Of a stretch of 64,000 nucleotides of DNA, positions 1-14,460 are shown piece after piece. A model generated the notes under the pieces. That model ran no database searches, had not been told where the DNA came from, and saw nothing but the letters and a program-made list of their open reading frames with translations. The stretch is taken from NCBI RefSeq assembly GCF_009914755.1, contig NC_060932.1, one strand, 5' to 3'. Both the position numbers and the translations under genes were made by a program. Numbering within the stretch: position 1 is the first letter of the stretch; every line of letters begins with the position of its first letter. Origin of the DNA: the human T2T-CHM13v2.0 reference genome, Homo sapiens.

Positions 1-40
1 TAACATATTACCCCATTCCCATGCTATGCTATTACTGATT

Positions 41-165
41 CATTCACTCAATATATTTTATGCATTTGTCTATGTGGGCTGTGTCAGTCTCTGGGTTTAC
101 AATGCTAAAAACACAAGGCACATCCTTGTCCCCAAGGACTCTGGCTTGGGCAGGAACACAGATAC
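41..165 (-). mobile_element. L2 LINE 3' end fragment
   Basis: cattcactcaatatattttatgcatt...ctctgggtttacaatgctaaaaacacaagg...cttgtccccaagga resembles the reverse complement of the L2 3' terminus (recalled consensus). Boundaries approximate. Confidence 0.5.
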
Positions 166-524
166 TATGGGAAGGAATTTTACTATGCAAGAAGTATAAA
201 TTGTTTTCCACAATAACTTTTTTTAAAGTCTTCATTATATTAGTTAGTGAAAACTTTCTCAACAACAACTCCCTACCACCCTCCTTGTTTTTCTGGGGTG
301 TGTCTGCGTTCTCAGGAGGTCCTGGGGGTCCCAGGGAGGCTGGATAGCTCTGGCATGGTTTATTCCCTATTACCAGCAGCGTTCCCTGAGACGGGTCCTT
401 TCCTTGTAAAACATTCCTTCAGCCATTCTCCCCAGGCCCTCTGAGGACGTTTCTGATAGGCTGTCTGCCTCTCTAAAACACAGCACTCACTTTGTTGGGC
501 CTTTGTCATTTAGAGTCATCTGTT

Positions 525-1093
525 TGTGATGGTTACTTTTATGTGTCAACTTGACTGGGCTGAGGGATGCTCAGATAGCAGGTGCAACATTATTTCTGGG
601 CATATCTGTGAGGATGTTTCCAGGAGATATTAGTATTTCACTTAGTAGGCTGAGGAAAGAAGATCCATCCTTACCAATGTAGGTGGGCACCATTCAATTC
701 TATGAGAGCCAGAATAGAACAAAATGTCAAAGGAGGGGTGAATTTGGCTTCTCTTTTGTAACTGGATAACCCATCCTGCCCTTGGACATTGGAGTTCTTC
801 TGGCTTCCCTGATCCTCGAGACTTTAGACACTGAGATTTACACATTGTCTCCCCAAACCCTTCTTCTTCCCAGGCCTTCAGTCTTGAACTGACAGATACA
901 TCATCATCTCTCCTGGTTCTCAGGTCTTCAAACTCAGACTGAGTTATAATACTGGTTCTCCAGTTTGCAAACAGCAGATTGTAAGACTTCTCAGTCTTCA
1001 TAATCATTGTGAGCCAATTACCGTAATAAATCCCCTCTTACATATGCAGATATATTCTATTGGTTTTGTCTCTGGAGAATTTCGACTAATACA
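525..1093 (+). mobile_element. MLT2 (ERVL) solo LTR
   Basis: Starts tgtgatggttacttttatgtgtcaacttgactgggct and ends ttggttttgtctctggagaatttcgactaataca; both are typical MLT2 termini (TG...CA). Confidence 0.85.
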
Positions 1094-1593
1094 GAGACTC
1101 TTCATCCTTTCATGCCAATCTCTGATACTCAGAAACTACTCATATCCTCTCACTACACCAGGGTGCAGGGCATATTCCACCAGTGCGCCCAGGTACCTCT
1201 GTCTAAGCACATCATTCAGGCATTTCTACTCCCACTGCAGCCCCTGCATGGGGGAAACCAAGGTTTTGCCACCTCTCTTAGGTCCACCTGGGCAGAGTCT
1301 TCATTCTCTCAGACCCATATGAGGTATCTGTCGTCCTCTGCCCTGCTGGGGCTTGTAGCTCCTTTTGCAGGCACACACCCCCTCTAAACTTCCCCCGTAA
1401 CTCTCCACCTCAGTCCAGGAAACCATTTATGGACTTGGGACAGGAGCTACCAGCAACTTTGCCTCAACCTATGTCTTCTGAGTTATCTTCTGCCTAAGCT
1501 TTTAACATTGAAAAGACGTTTCTCTGCTGTAACATCCCTTACCTGAGATAAACTTCTTGCTGACAAAATATGAAGGACATCACAAGTTCGAAG

Positions 1594-2224
1594 TGATATA
1601 GGAGTTAAAAAGCAATTATTTAAGCAGATAGCGAGAATAAGGAAGTCCTCAGTGAGGTTTCCCTCTTAATGAAAAGCGGCCCCCAAATCATTTCTTCTCT
1701 AATAAAGAGCAGCCTGTAAAATCAAGCTGCAGACATAGATAAGCAAGGTGGAAGCTTGCACGGGTGAATGAGCAGCTGTGCCAGTAGGAAAAGGCTACCT
1801 GGGAGCCAAGCATGTTCAACATGGCGGCTCCATCTTCCCTATTCCTTGCCAACCACATGTACAGTAAAGAGCAGACAACATGGCTCTGGCCAAGTAGAAA
1901 ACCTATTTGCATAGTAAAAGATAAGGTGGGGTGGCCAGCTTCTTGGCACACTATGCAAACGTCACACCTGGTCTAACCAATCTTTGGGCTCTATGTAAAT
2001 CAGATACCGCCTCCTCAGGCTCATCTGTAAAACCGCGTGCATTTCACCAGGAAACCCAAAGACCCACTCAGGAGCCCCTCTCTCTCTAAAGGGGAGACAG
2101 CTTTTCTCTTTCTCTCTGTTAAACCTCTCTCTCTATTAAACTCACTTCTGGGTCTGTGTACTTGATTTCCGTGGCATGATATGATGATCCTCGGGTATTT
2201 GCCCCAGACAACCACGCTGCTTCA
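1594..2224 (+). mobile_element. LTR9-family (ERV1) solo LTR
   Basis: TG...CA element beginning tgatataggagttaaaaagcaattattt, containing gagcagcctgtaaaatcaagctgcagacatagataagcaagg and ending ccccagacaaccacgctgcttca. Imperfect 4-bp flanks gaag/aaag. Confidence 0.75.
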
Positions 2225-2397
2225 AAAGGAAGTATGAGGGAGGAAGCGGGAGCTTATAAGTTACATCAAATATTTACATAGACAATGTGCCCTAGCAGGA
2301 AATTTGCTAAGTGCAAGGAGAGTCACTTCCCTTGATTTGTGGATGCAGAATGTTAGTACAGAGCAAACAATGTCAAAGGTGAGACCTAAGAGATTGT

Positions 2398-2775
2398 GGT
2401 TGACCCATAAAGGATGCAGAAGCAGGGGTGCCAACCCCCTGTGCAGTTGAAAAGTCAATCATAAATTTTGACTCCCCAAAGGCTTAACTACTGATGGCCG
2501 AGTGTTCACCAGAAGCCTTACCAATAACATACAGTCAATTAATATGTATTGCATATACTGTATGTATTATACACTGCATTATTATAATAAAGTAAGCTAG
2601 AGAAGAGAAAAATGTAATTAAGAAAATTATAAGAAAAATATATTTACTGTTTATTAAGTGGAAGTGAATCATCACAAAGTTCTTTATCCTCATCATCTTC
2701 ACACTGAGTAGGCAGAGAAGGAGGAAGGGAAGGGGTTGGTTTCAGGATGGCAGAGGCAGAAAAATGCCTGAGTAA
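2398..2775 (-). mobile_element. Tigger2a (MER28)-type non-autonomous DNA transposon
   Basis: ggttgaccc TIR remnant followed by ttttgactcccc...aataaagtaagctagagaa...aagtggaagtg...catcttcacactgagtaggc. This is the reverse complement of the 3' end of the Tigger2 at about 14870-15237. Confidence 0.8.
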
Positions 2776-3004
2776 GACTTCTTGTAAGACCTGGTCTAGT
2801 AAGAATAGTCTTCTTGAAAGGCTATTCATTCTAGGCATGGGAGACAGCAAGGCTTGGCTTCCAAGGGCACGTGGGACTTTCTGGAAACTAAAATTTACTA
2901 TAACTGCAATCTAGAGTCTGAGTATGAGGAGGCTGGGGGTACAGGGAGCATGAGGAAGCCTGCCACATCAGGAGGCAGCAGCTGAGATTGCCCAGGGCTC
3001 ACAC

Positions 3005-3860
<856 letters not shown>

Positions 3861-3879
3861 CCAAAAGCAAAATAGTTCA

Positions 3880-4400
3880 GGATTTTGCAAGGGGAACATA
3901 CAGTGTTGGAGTCAAGTGTGGTAAGAATTTTGCAAACAGATGTGAAGTCCATATTAAAGAGAAAGCATAGCGTGTACTAGGGAGCAAACTGAAAGAAATT
4001 CAGTATGGTTGGTACTTAAAATGTGAGTTGTAAGAAATGAGGTTGAGACATAGGTATGAATTAATTTACTGAGATTCTTATAATCCAAGCAATGATATTT
4101 GAATTTCATTCTAGAGGCAAAAAAGTAGTTGATGATTTTAAGGGGAGTTAGGTGATCAGATTCATGATTTTAGAACTTTTTCTGGCAGAATGTAGCCTAC
4201 ACTAGTTAGCTAGCAGAGGAGTTGGAGAGTAGGTTCCAGAACAGGAAATGGAATCAACAGGATTTTATAGTTCATTTAATTTCTGTGATAAGAAAGAGAG
4301 AAGAGTCCAGAATTATGTCAAATTTCTATCATGAACTTAAGAAGAGAAACAGGAAAATTTTAATGAGGAAAATCATTCATAGTGAAGATTTTGTTTTTTT
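3880..4400 (-). mobile_element. L2 LINE fragment
   Basis: atttgaatttcattctagagg...gattttaaggggag...gatcagattcatgattttagaa resembles antisense L2. Boundaries approximate. Confidence 0.55.
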
Positions 4401-4760
4401 CAAAAAGGCACTACCTTGACCATTACTGGTTATCTAAATTTGAATTCTCTCATGATAGAATTACAAATCAAATAGATGCAGAAAATATCTTCATATGATT
4501 GTCACTGATCAGGAAACTGTAATCAGTGTCAAAGAAACCAAATTCTAAGTTGTATTTCTTTTCCAATGATAAGCTTATTTTCTTCTAGTATAAAATCAAC
4601 CTTCATCACTTGGCTAAATGTCAAGTATACACGGGGAGATTAAGAACCCCACAAAGACTAGTGTCTGCATTAGTGACATATTTACCAATGAAGGTATTTA
4701 TAATTTTAATATAAGATTAATAATCAGTTATTAAAGTTAAGATATTACACCTTAGTTCAG

Positions 4761-5233
4761 TGTATTAGGGTCCCAACAATAGAAAATTGCACCTCCGACC
4801 AAAGATAATTTAAGAAGAGTTTATTTATAGAGGGGCTATCTACAAAAGGTGGCTGGAGTTACAGAAGAACTACAAGGCATAGTACAGTCACTCAGGTCTG
4901 GAAACAAAGGAGTTCCAGTGACTGAGATCCACAAGAAGAGAATCATGTAGAGAAGGCTGCCTGAAGAGAAGCAGTCCCTTTAGCCTAGGGGCATAACCAA
5001 CAGGATGCAAATACATAAGGAGCAGACCAGAATAATTAAAATCCTGACCTCACTCTCTTTCTTCCCTCTAATTTCCTTCCAGAGCTCCTACTGAGCTGAA
5101 CCTACCTGGAGGACCTTGGCTAAGTCATGTCTTTGATATAATCATGTAGTTGTTCAGCGTGCACTCACAGGGGGGCGGGCAGAGGACAGTGTGACTCTGA
5201 AGAGGCAAAGAGTAGACCTCTGCCATGATCACA
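4761..5233 (-). mobile_element. LTR33-like (ERVL) LTR
   Basis: tgtattagggtcccaaca...aatttaagaagagtttatttat...aaaatcctgacctcactctc...ctgaagaggcaaa matches recalled reverse LTR33. Confidence 0.6.
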
Positions 5234-7057
5234 GGTGGAATTACCTGAATGCTAACCTATGTCAAAATGTAATTGTATGTGAACTTAACACCTAGGTTTT
5301 TATACTACATGAAGGTGAATGGCTAAAATAAAGACAGAAGAGTTTTAGCTCAAAAGATTTGCATTGATAAAATGAGTGCTCACCAAAACTTAATTGATTA
5401 TTTTAATTAGTCTTCCCTGATAAAGGTATTAGTTCATATTTGTTTTTAGCCAGAATAGCTTTGCAGGTGGGAGAAAGGAACTATAATGGGATTCATTATG
5501 AATGAAAATGAGCAAAATAGCAATATTAAACTATTTTCCTGCTTAGCCGTTATTTAAGATTATAATTGTGTTTTTAGTGAATTGTACTTTTACAGTTAGA
5601 ACAGTATGATAATTTCTAATAATGAAAGAGAATAATGGCAATACAAGATTTCTTAATTGGATTTGGGTTTGGAGAGCATTTTATCCATAGTATATACTCT
5701 ATAGGACTCAAGATCTGCCAACATGTCTAGAGAACTCATCTCGTGGGTTCACTAGGGCTCTACTTACAGAGACTGAGGCACTGCCTGAATAAGACTGTGC
5801 CCTAGAGAAAGACAGAGCCAAGGAACTCCTGAAATATGGCTTAGTGTCTGTTCCATATTGCTTTCTGGCTTACCCTGTAGGGATTAATATCTGAAAGACA
5901 AAGCAAGGAAATTTAATGAACAGGTAAAAAAAAATGCGAAATTCCTTGTATTTTACTCAAACCCACAACGAGCAATAAGAGACGGCATCATACTGCAGTG
6001 ACCAGAAGCGCTACATTTGACACAGGTGGCAAGATTCTTGGCATCATATATAGCAGACATGAGGGGACATTGCTGTGAATCTGTAGCAACAGGAACACCC
6101 TCATCAGTTAAGGATATTTGACATCCCTCTATTTGGCACAGACATAAGAACCCTCATCATCAAGCATCTATGGTCTAGAGAAAAATGTTGGTATTCCTCA
6201 GGGGCTGCTATAGTAGTGTCCTCAGCAGGTTCTGGCAGTATCAGCTACTTTGAACCTCAGCAATGACAGACACATTTTCTGGCTAAGTTGGAATGGGAGA
6301 CAATTTAAACATAGAAAGTCCTGTGAGAATTCTAATAGCACAGGTGAAGGCAAGGTTAGAGAAATAGAATTTTGTCTACAAATACATCTCTAAAGATAGA
6401 AAGGAAACAAGAACTAGAGGCTCATACAGTTGAATAAGAGATTTAGGAACTAAGAATTCACAACACAACACATCTTAACAAATTATCCTCCTTGTTAAAC
6501 CTTTGAAATCTTATCCATGGTCCAATTCAGTCTTTTTATAAAGAGAATTAAGTTTCGGCCAGTTTTGCCGTATGCCACCCACTATTACAGTTACCTTTCC
6601 CCTCAACTTTTAATATTTGTGTTTTACACTCTTCCCTGGGTTGGGAAAATCATTACATATTATAGTATACCTTTATACAGGTTTGATCCTATAGCAATAT
6701 ATTGATTATTTATACTAAAAATATGAGCAATACCAATAGTAAATTCATATTGAGAATTATTATTGATTTTAGTCATTCATTCACCTATTTACTTAGAACC
6801 TGCTACATGAAAAGCAGTGTGTTAGAATTTTTCATTGTATTAATATTTAAATTTATTTATATTTTCATAACTAGTAGGTAAAGAAGGATGGTAGGAAAGG
6901 GAAGGAGAAAGCCCGATGCTTTCTACATGGAGATCTGACCATGTTTTGTGGATAAACAAGTGAATAATATGATTTAATATATTCATTATAATTGATTTAG
7001 CTTTTAAAAGTATCTCAAGTAACGATCAAATCTTCAATGATTTTGGTTTTGCTTCTT

Positions 7058-7427
<370 letters not shown>

Positions 7428-9039
7428 TAGCTGATGACTAAAAATATATATGTTCAAAATAAGTTATATATAAAAAATAACATAACTGTATTCAGTAATA
7501 TAAAGATATTACTTTTACCTACCTCTGATGACGTTACAGCTTTTCTGATGCATTTTCATTAAGAAATAAGTGGTACCTCTAGGGAAAACAACATAAACTG
7601 AAACTACCAACATTTTCCCTGTGGTCATAATTTCTAGCAACTCATGTTTTCCTCGTATAAGTCCTATGGTTTCCATTTAGAAATTTATAAGATAAAGTGA
7701 TGAGAAAAAATAATCACAGTCGTAAGATTTGATTTCTACATGCTAAGTTTACACTTATATTCTAACACTTAGAACGAATTTGTCAGGACAATTCCAGAAG
7801 AGACAATATCTAGTTTAAGCCACACATGCAAAAAGCAAGTGTTTAGAGATATAATATTTTATTCACTTTTGATTTTTTTCTTCAAAAACGTGATAAGTAT
7901 TAAATAGATTGAAAGTATTTATGTAATGAGATAATAAAATATTATAAACAAGGGCAGATTTGTGGTCTTGGCCATGGTATCAAATTTAATGTCTATGTCT
8001 TCAGTGACATTTTATAACAAAAAATACCATATGTTTACATTAGATGAATATCATAATGTGATATTATTGTTTATGAGTAATGACAAAAATAATTAGTCTC
8101 AGATTAATTGACCATAGCTTTTAAATACATATAAATGGGAAAGCATTTTTCATGTGAATAAATCAACCTGTTGTTCATATCATATTCTTGTAAGTGTTAT
8201 TGTCATAGTTGACATCTAGTAAGGGAGCTGCGCCCAGCAAGATGTGATGAAGATAATTTAGGCATAATTTAATAGCTGAAGATGTGACGATGAATCAGTT
8301 ATTTGGGGCACTTTCTTCATTTTGATAGAAAATAAAGCAAAGTCAAAACAATCAATAAAAACAAAACCTCCTAGAGAACAATATCATGTGTATTCCCTAT
8401 GATGCTAGCTTAACTGATAAACACTAGTTAATATTCAGTGCAAAATATGTGTTCTGTTAGTTCTGGGTGAGAAGTGTCATCTTCATATATAATAGATCAC
8501 TTGCAGCAAATTTATTTTTTTAGTCATTATACACTGGTCCGAAAACATTTTTCATTCAAATTACCTACACTTTTCTGTGTTTTCTAATCATTATTACAAC
8601 ACTATTTTTTAAACTAGTAATTATTTAATTTTAATTTAATAAATAAATGTTAAATAAATAAATATTTATTTATTTTTAAACTTGTAAAGTATTATTCTTT
8701 TGATTGCATCTGAATGTTTTGCTTTGGAACATACACTGAGATTTAAGGCAACTAGGTATGAAGCCAGACACTCCCAAGACATGCCTTGCTTTCCACCTTT
8801 GGGAAACCCCTTTAATTTAGGAGGTTGGGGTGAAAGCAATACCCCCAACACTGGAATCCATTTCAGCTTCTAAGACAGGAAATTGTGAAATGCTCTGGGT
8901 CAGTAGCTCCTTTGATTTAGCATCACATTAACTTTGCTGATAATTGTGCTCTGAACTTAGACTTAAGGCTCCATGATTAGATCCCTATCTAAATATCCCA
9001 AATTCAAATTTTTTGGCAAAACTCTAATCGTAATTAACC

Positions 9040-9405
9040 TGCAAAACAAGATGGTCAAATAAGCTTGACAAATGTAGTGTGCTCTATCCTTCTCTTGGAG
9101 ATTTACGGAAACATTAGTGTATTAACTGTCATAAAATCATGCAGAAAATTAACCTGTTGAAACAATATTTTACCCATCATTGGCCAAGTGTATGTGACCA
9201 GAAAATCATGGCACTGCCTAACTAATTCAAGCAAACTAATTCAAGTTCTAGATCATTGTTGGGCTAGCTGCTTAAGAATTACGAACTGCAAACTCCACCG
9301 GAGATTCTGATTCATTCTCTGTGGCCTAGACCACAAGAATATGAGCTTTCAAGCAATTTACATGTAATTTCAATAGGAGCCCAACTTGGAAACTTTTGGC
9401 CTATG
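9040..9405. mobile_element. hAT-Charlie fragments (Charlie4-like, then MER5-like)
   Basis: ggtcaaataagcttg...ctcttggagattta...cattagtgtattaa is Charlie4-like; gagattctgattcatt...aacttggaaacttttggccta is MER5-like. Confidence 0.5.
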
Positions 9406-9584
9406 CCTTCTTTGCTGTGTCCTGCCTGCCTTGTTACAGCAACAGCAAGGTCTTATCTGATTGAGAACCACTTCAAATCCATATACTTAGCTGACAGACT
9501 AATTTCCCAGAATGCCTCACATTGTCTATCACTACTAGTATAATGGCTGTTTTCACTGAAAAAAAAAAAAATGCTTTAAAATTA

Positions 9585-9803
9585 CAAATTGGTTATCCTT
9601 AATATGAAAATTTAAAATCTGAATTGCTCAAAAATCTGAAATGTTTTGAACCCTGACATGATGCTTAAAGGAAATTCTCATTGGAGCATTCTGAATTTCT
9701 AAAGTTGGGATACTGAACAGGTTAGTATAATGCAAATATTCCAAAACCTGAAATCCAAAACACTTCTGGTCTCAAGTATTTCAGATAAGGGATACTCAAT
9801 TTG
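9585..9803 (+). mobile_element. Tigger4a (MER46A) MITE
   Basis: TA-flanked; TIR-like ends caaattggttatcctta / taagggatactcaatttg; internal aaaggaaattctcattggagcatt and gcaaatattccaaaa. Confidence 0.85.
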
Positions 9804-10119
9804 TATATTGCATCTCAATTTGGTCAAATATTTATGGAGCATCTTCTTGTGTCAGATCTCCTGCCAGGTTCTGGAAAAAATGAAACTAAATATGGAAAGA
9901 CTCATGTCCTTAAATAACTAGCATTCTAGAGATGACAGAATCCCAGAGTGTAGTAAAATCCAAAACATTCCATTTAATGGCTTTAGGGAAAACCACTGAC
10001 TTTGGTGCTTGTTATAAATGCCCAATAATTAATGAAAAGAAAACAAAGTATTTCTTTTTATGTTTTCCTGGCCTCCAAACTGCTTTTCTAGGTATTTATT
10101 GGATACAGTCATTCTTCCT

Positions 10120-11200
10120 TTGATAATTAATATATTCTAAATGTAATTGGTTTTCCACCTCATCCAACCCCTTGAACCTGACTTCTCCTCTAGCTCTAGC
10201 TCAATTTTGATCAACGGCCTTATCATTCACTTAGATATTTTAGAAATTTTGAGGTTTTCATTTATGTCTCCTCTGTCTTCTACACTGCAATAAATCCATC
10301 GTCAAGTCATAGTGATTGTACAACAGAACCTCAGATCTAGCTTCTTGCTCCTTCCCCTGTTGTTCCACAATGACGCACAAATTTTGCTTTAATTCAGATC
10401 CTCACAGTTTTGCTCCCGGATTATGAATAGCTCTTAACTGGTATCCTTCACCTTCTCTATGCCTCCTTTCCCCCCTCCAGTTACAATATCGCCTCTATAT
10501 CCAAGTTTTGAGGTCTGCAGCTGTGGTTTCCCATCATCTCAAAATAAATGAATCTAGCTTAAGCATCACTGAAAAAAAAAACAAAAAGGAAATTCGTGAA
10601 GAGATCGCTGCAGCTACTCCAGCAGAAGTGAAACTCTTGTACTTTTTGCAAATACTAACAAAACTGACAATATTTGACTCTCTGTTGCCTGCCCCATATG
10701 ATAATATTCACTCTCTTTAGCATGCCAAAGAATAATTTATAATCTGATTTCACAATATTTCTCAGCATTTTCTACCAATGAATCCAACAAATCATCTTTC
10801 TTCCAATACATTGTGTTCTTTTACTCTGTTGTTCCTAGATTTCTCTTTCCTTTTATTGAAAGATACACTTGACCTGCTTGACTGAATTTATCTTTTGTGA
10901 ATTTAACTTGACTGAATTTAACTTTGGTGAATTTATCTTCATTTTTGAATACCTAGTTCAATGGTTCCATCTTTGTAAACCTATCTCTGCAAACTCTGGC
11001 AGAACATTTCTCTGCTGTATCCTTAGCATTCTACTTAACATTCCTATCACAGAATGAACTGATTATGTTTGTATGGGATGTGTCTTCCTTCAAAGATGCC
11101 AAGTATCACAGATTAGGAACTAAAGCTTATTAATATTTGTGACTCCAGACCACAGCAGACATGTGTTGGTTAAAAAAAATTGTTTTAATAAAAGCATTCA
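10120..11200 (+). mobile_element. L2 LINE 3' region containing a Tigger2-derived insert at 10508-10653
   Basis: aaatccatcgtcaagtc...gattatgaatagctcttaactggtatcc...; ends near cacagcagacatgtgttggttaaaaaaaattgttttaata, an L2 3' terminus pattern. Confidence 0.6.
10508..10653 (+). repeat. 146-bp dispersed copy of Tigger2 segment 12517-12656
   Basis: Direct comparison shows a 40-nt exact block ctactccagcagaagtgaaactcttgtactttttgcaaat (10614-10653 = 12617-12656) and a 21-nt exact block gaatctagcttaagcatcact. ORF-track peptides 10508.. and 12517.. are near-identical at the N-terminus. Confidence 0.92.
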
Positions 11201-12971
11201 TAATTGAGTAAATTATGTATATAATTTAAATGTTTATTAGAATTAACATATAGAATTAGAATTTTATACATTAATATAGAATTGTTATATATATTTTTAT
11301 ATATAAATGTTAATATATGTAATTAGAATTAACATATAGAATTAATATGTCCAAAGAATATTCAGCAAAAAACAACATAGCAATAAAAATTGCTAGAATT
11401 ATTTGTTTTATGTTGCATCTGAATAGACCAGGAAACTCATAGGTTTCCTAATATTTATGAAAACTATGGCTATGGCTGGACTGGTAACTTTTTAAATGTA
11501 GCATTATTGTCTAGTCAAAGACAATCTGTTGCCAATAAAAACCTGAGGAGAGAGAAAGAAGGAAGAAAGGAATGAAGGAAAGAAGGACAGCAGAAAGGAG
11601 AAAATACGAACGGGATTGAAGGAAGTATAAAGAGATGAACGTAGACTGTCAGGTAATACAGTGAATGAATGTAATATTTAATTTTTCTGCTTCCAGAATG
11701 CCCGGTAAAGAATAGAGAGAGGGTATGTAAAAATTCATGGTCAACTTCCAGTTTATGGCCTGACATGTAAACAGTTTGGAAGCTGTCACTACTGTTCAGA
11801 ACAGATTGAAAATTACAATAAGAAATACAGTTGACCCTCTAACAGCACAGGTTTGAACACGTGGATCCATTTATACATAAATTTTTTTTCGATAAATATA
11901 CTGGAAAATATTCTAGGGATTTTTGACAATTTGAAGAAACTCCCATATGAACCACATAGCCTAGAAATAATGAAAACATTAAGAAAAAGTTAGGCATGTC
12001 ATAAATGCACAAAATATATGTAGATGCTAGTCTATTTTATCATTTACTACCATAAAACGTATACAAATATATTTTTTAAAAATTAAAATTTATCAAAACT
12101 TATACATTCACTTACAGACCACAGTAGGCACCATTCATAGTAAACAGAAATGTAAACAAATATAAAAATGCAGTATGAAATCATAACTGCATAAAATTAA
12201 CTATAGTATATACTGTACTACTTTAATAATTTTGTAGCCACCTCTTGTTACTATTGCATTGAGCTCAGGTGGCCATGTAACACTAATCGTCTCCACATGA
12301 GTAGTTTGTCTTTCCAGCAAATTGCTTATCACACTAAAAATAATCTGTTGAGGTTCTCACATGTTTTTCATAGTTTGTTGTACAATACTGTAAATCTTGA
12401 ATAAAACCGTAGGACTCATATGAAATACCACGAGTGATGCTGGAAGTGCTCCCAAAAAACAGAGAAAATTCATAACATTACAAGAAAAAGCATAGCTTAA
12501 TTATATATACTGTAAATTGAGGTCTGCAACTGTGGTTTCCCATCGTTTCAAAGTAAGTGAATCTAGCTTAAGCATCACTAAAAAAAAAAAGGGAATTCGT
12601 GAAGGCATTACTGCACCTACTCCAGCAGAAGTGAAACTCTTGTACTTTTTGCAAATTATGTTATCTAGCATTGCAAATATAGCTTTTATTTGGGTACAGG
12701 TTTGTCATAAGAAGGACATACCTATAAACTCTAATATGATTTGAGAAAAAGTGAAGTCATTATGTGATAACCTAATAAAAAGAATTCGAAGTCTCTAAAG
12801 TCAGAGAATTTAATGCCAGCAAAAGATGGTTTGATAATTTTAGAAAGAGGTTTAGCTTTAAAAATGACAAGATAACAAAAGAAGTAACTTTTGCTAACCA
12901 AAAGGCACAGAAAAGTTCCCAGACAATGTAAAGAAAATCATTGAGAGGGAAGGATATATGCCTGAACAGGA

Positions 12972-13163
<192 letters not shown>

Positions 13164-13888
13164 TAACGATTCCAAAGACGATATTTATTGGTAGGGTAGA
13201 AAAGCAAGTACTAGGATTTAGTGCAGAAAGCAATAACCTAACTCTGTTTTTTGTGCAAATGTTGTTAAATGTATAATTAGAGCTGCCCTTATATATAAAT
13301 CTACCAACCCCTGAGTTTTGAAGGAAAAAAATAAACACCAGTTGCCAGCCTTTAGGTTGTACAACAAGAAGGTCTGAACAACAACTCTTTTTCTGGTTTG
13401 GTTCCATCAATGTTTTGTTTCTGAAGTCAGAAATTGCCTTGCCAGTAAGGAACTGCCTTTTGAAGTTCTTTTGATATTCGACGTTGCCCCTGGCCACCCA
13501 GAACCCCATGAATTCAGCATCGAAGACTTCTAAGTGGTCTACTTGCCCCGAAACATAACATGTAGATTCGGCTTCTAGATCAGGGATCATCAGGACCCAT
13601 AAGACTCATTACACAGTACTCTATGGGAAAGAATTATCAACACTGTGGAAGAGAATTCTGATAGAGAGAACAACCTGAAATTCTGAAAGGACTGTACCAC
13701 TGACGATGTCACTGTTGTTATTAAAAAGCCATATGCACCAATAGCCAAAAAATTAGAAATTCCTACTGGAGAAAACAAGAAATTCCTAACTTCACAGAAT
13801 TTATGAGAGGGCCAATCAAGGAAATCATGAGAAAGATTGCAGATAAGGATAAAAATGGTGAAGGCTGAAGGAATTTCAGGATATGGAT

Positions 13889-14460
13889 CTTGAGAGTGGG
13901 CTGGAACTTGCCACTAACTTGCAACCAACAGAGCACAGCAAAACTGATGCCATGTCACTCCTGAAATTAGGTTACAAAAGATCATTACTTTCCATTTGCT
14001 AGGATTCTCTTTCTTCTGCCTTCTCACTTGCTTACTCTAATTAAGCCAGTTTCCATGTTCTGAGCTTCCCAATGGAGAGGTCCATGTGGCTAGATGCCAG
14101 TGGTGGCCTCTATCCTATAACTTATGAGAATTAGAGGCCCTCAATTCAATATCCTATAGGAATTTAATCTTATCAAGAACTACCTGAGTGAGCTAAAAAG
14201 CACACCCTCCCTGGTTGAGCTTTAAAATACTGAGCCTTATGAGAGACCCAGCGACAGAGGATTTAGTTAAGCCCTACCTAGACTTCTGACCTATAGAAAC
14301 TGTGAGATAGTTAGTAAATGTCATTTTAAGATGCTGTGTTTTAGTTAATGTGTTATGTAGCAATAATAATTAATACCAATGAGATGGAAAATGTTAAGAA
14401 AATATCTCTGAGAATATGATTTAAAAATACATAAAACAAGGGTAAAAATTTGAATGACAG
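13889..14460 (+). repeat. 572-bp dispersed duplicate of 19459-20033 (3' part of MLT1F plus flanking HAL1) inserted in Tigger2
   Basis: About 97% identical to 19459-20033 by eye. Tigger2 reads ...atatggatcttg before the insert and ggaagatcaagaagcaatagacacc after it. Confidence 0.95.

Noticed and set aside
260-1560. Moderately GC-rich sequence on both sides of MLT2, and similar DNA at about 5720-6300
   Set aside because: Possibly ancient LTR-derived, but I cannot assign a family or support an exon.
10879-10940. Short degenerate repeat of tgaattta units
   Set aside because: Ordinary slippage-type low-complexity expansion inside L2.
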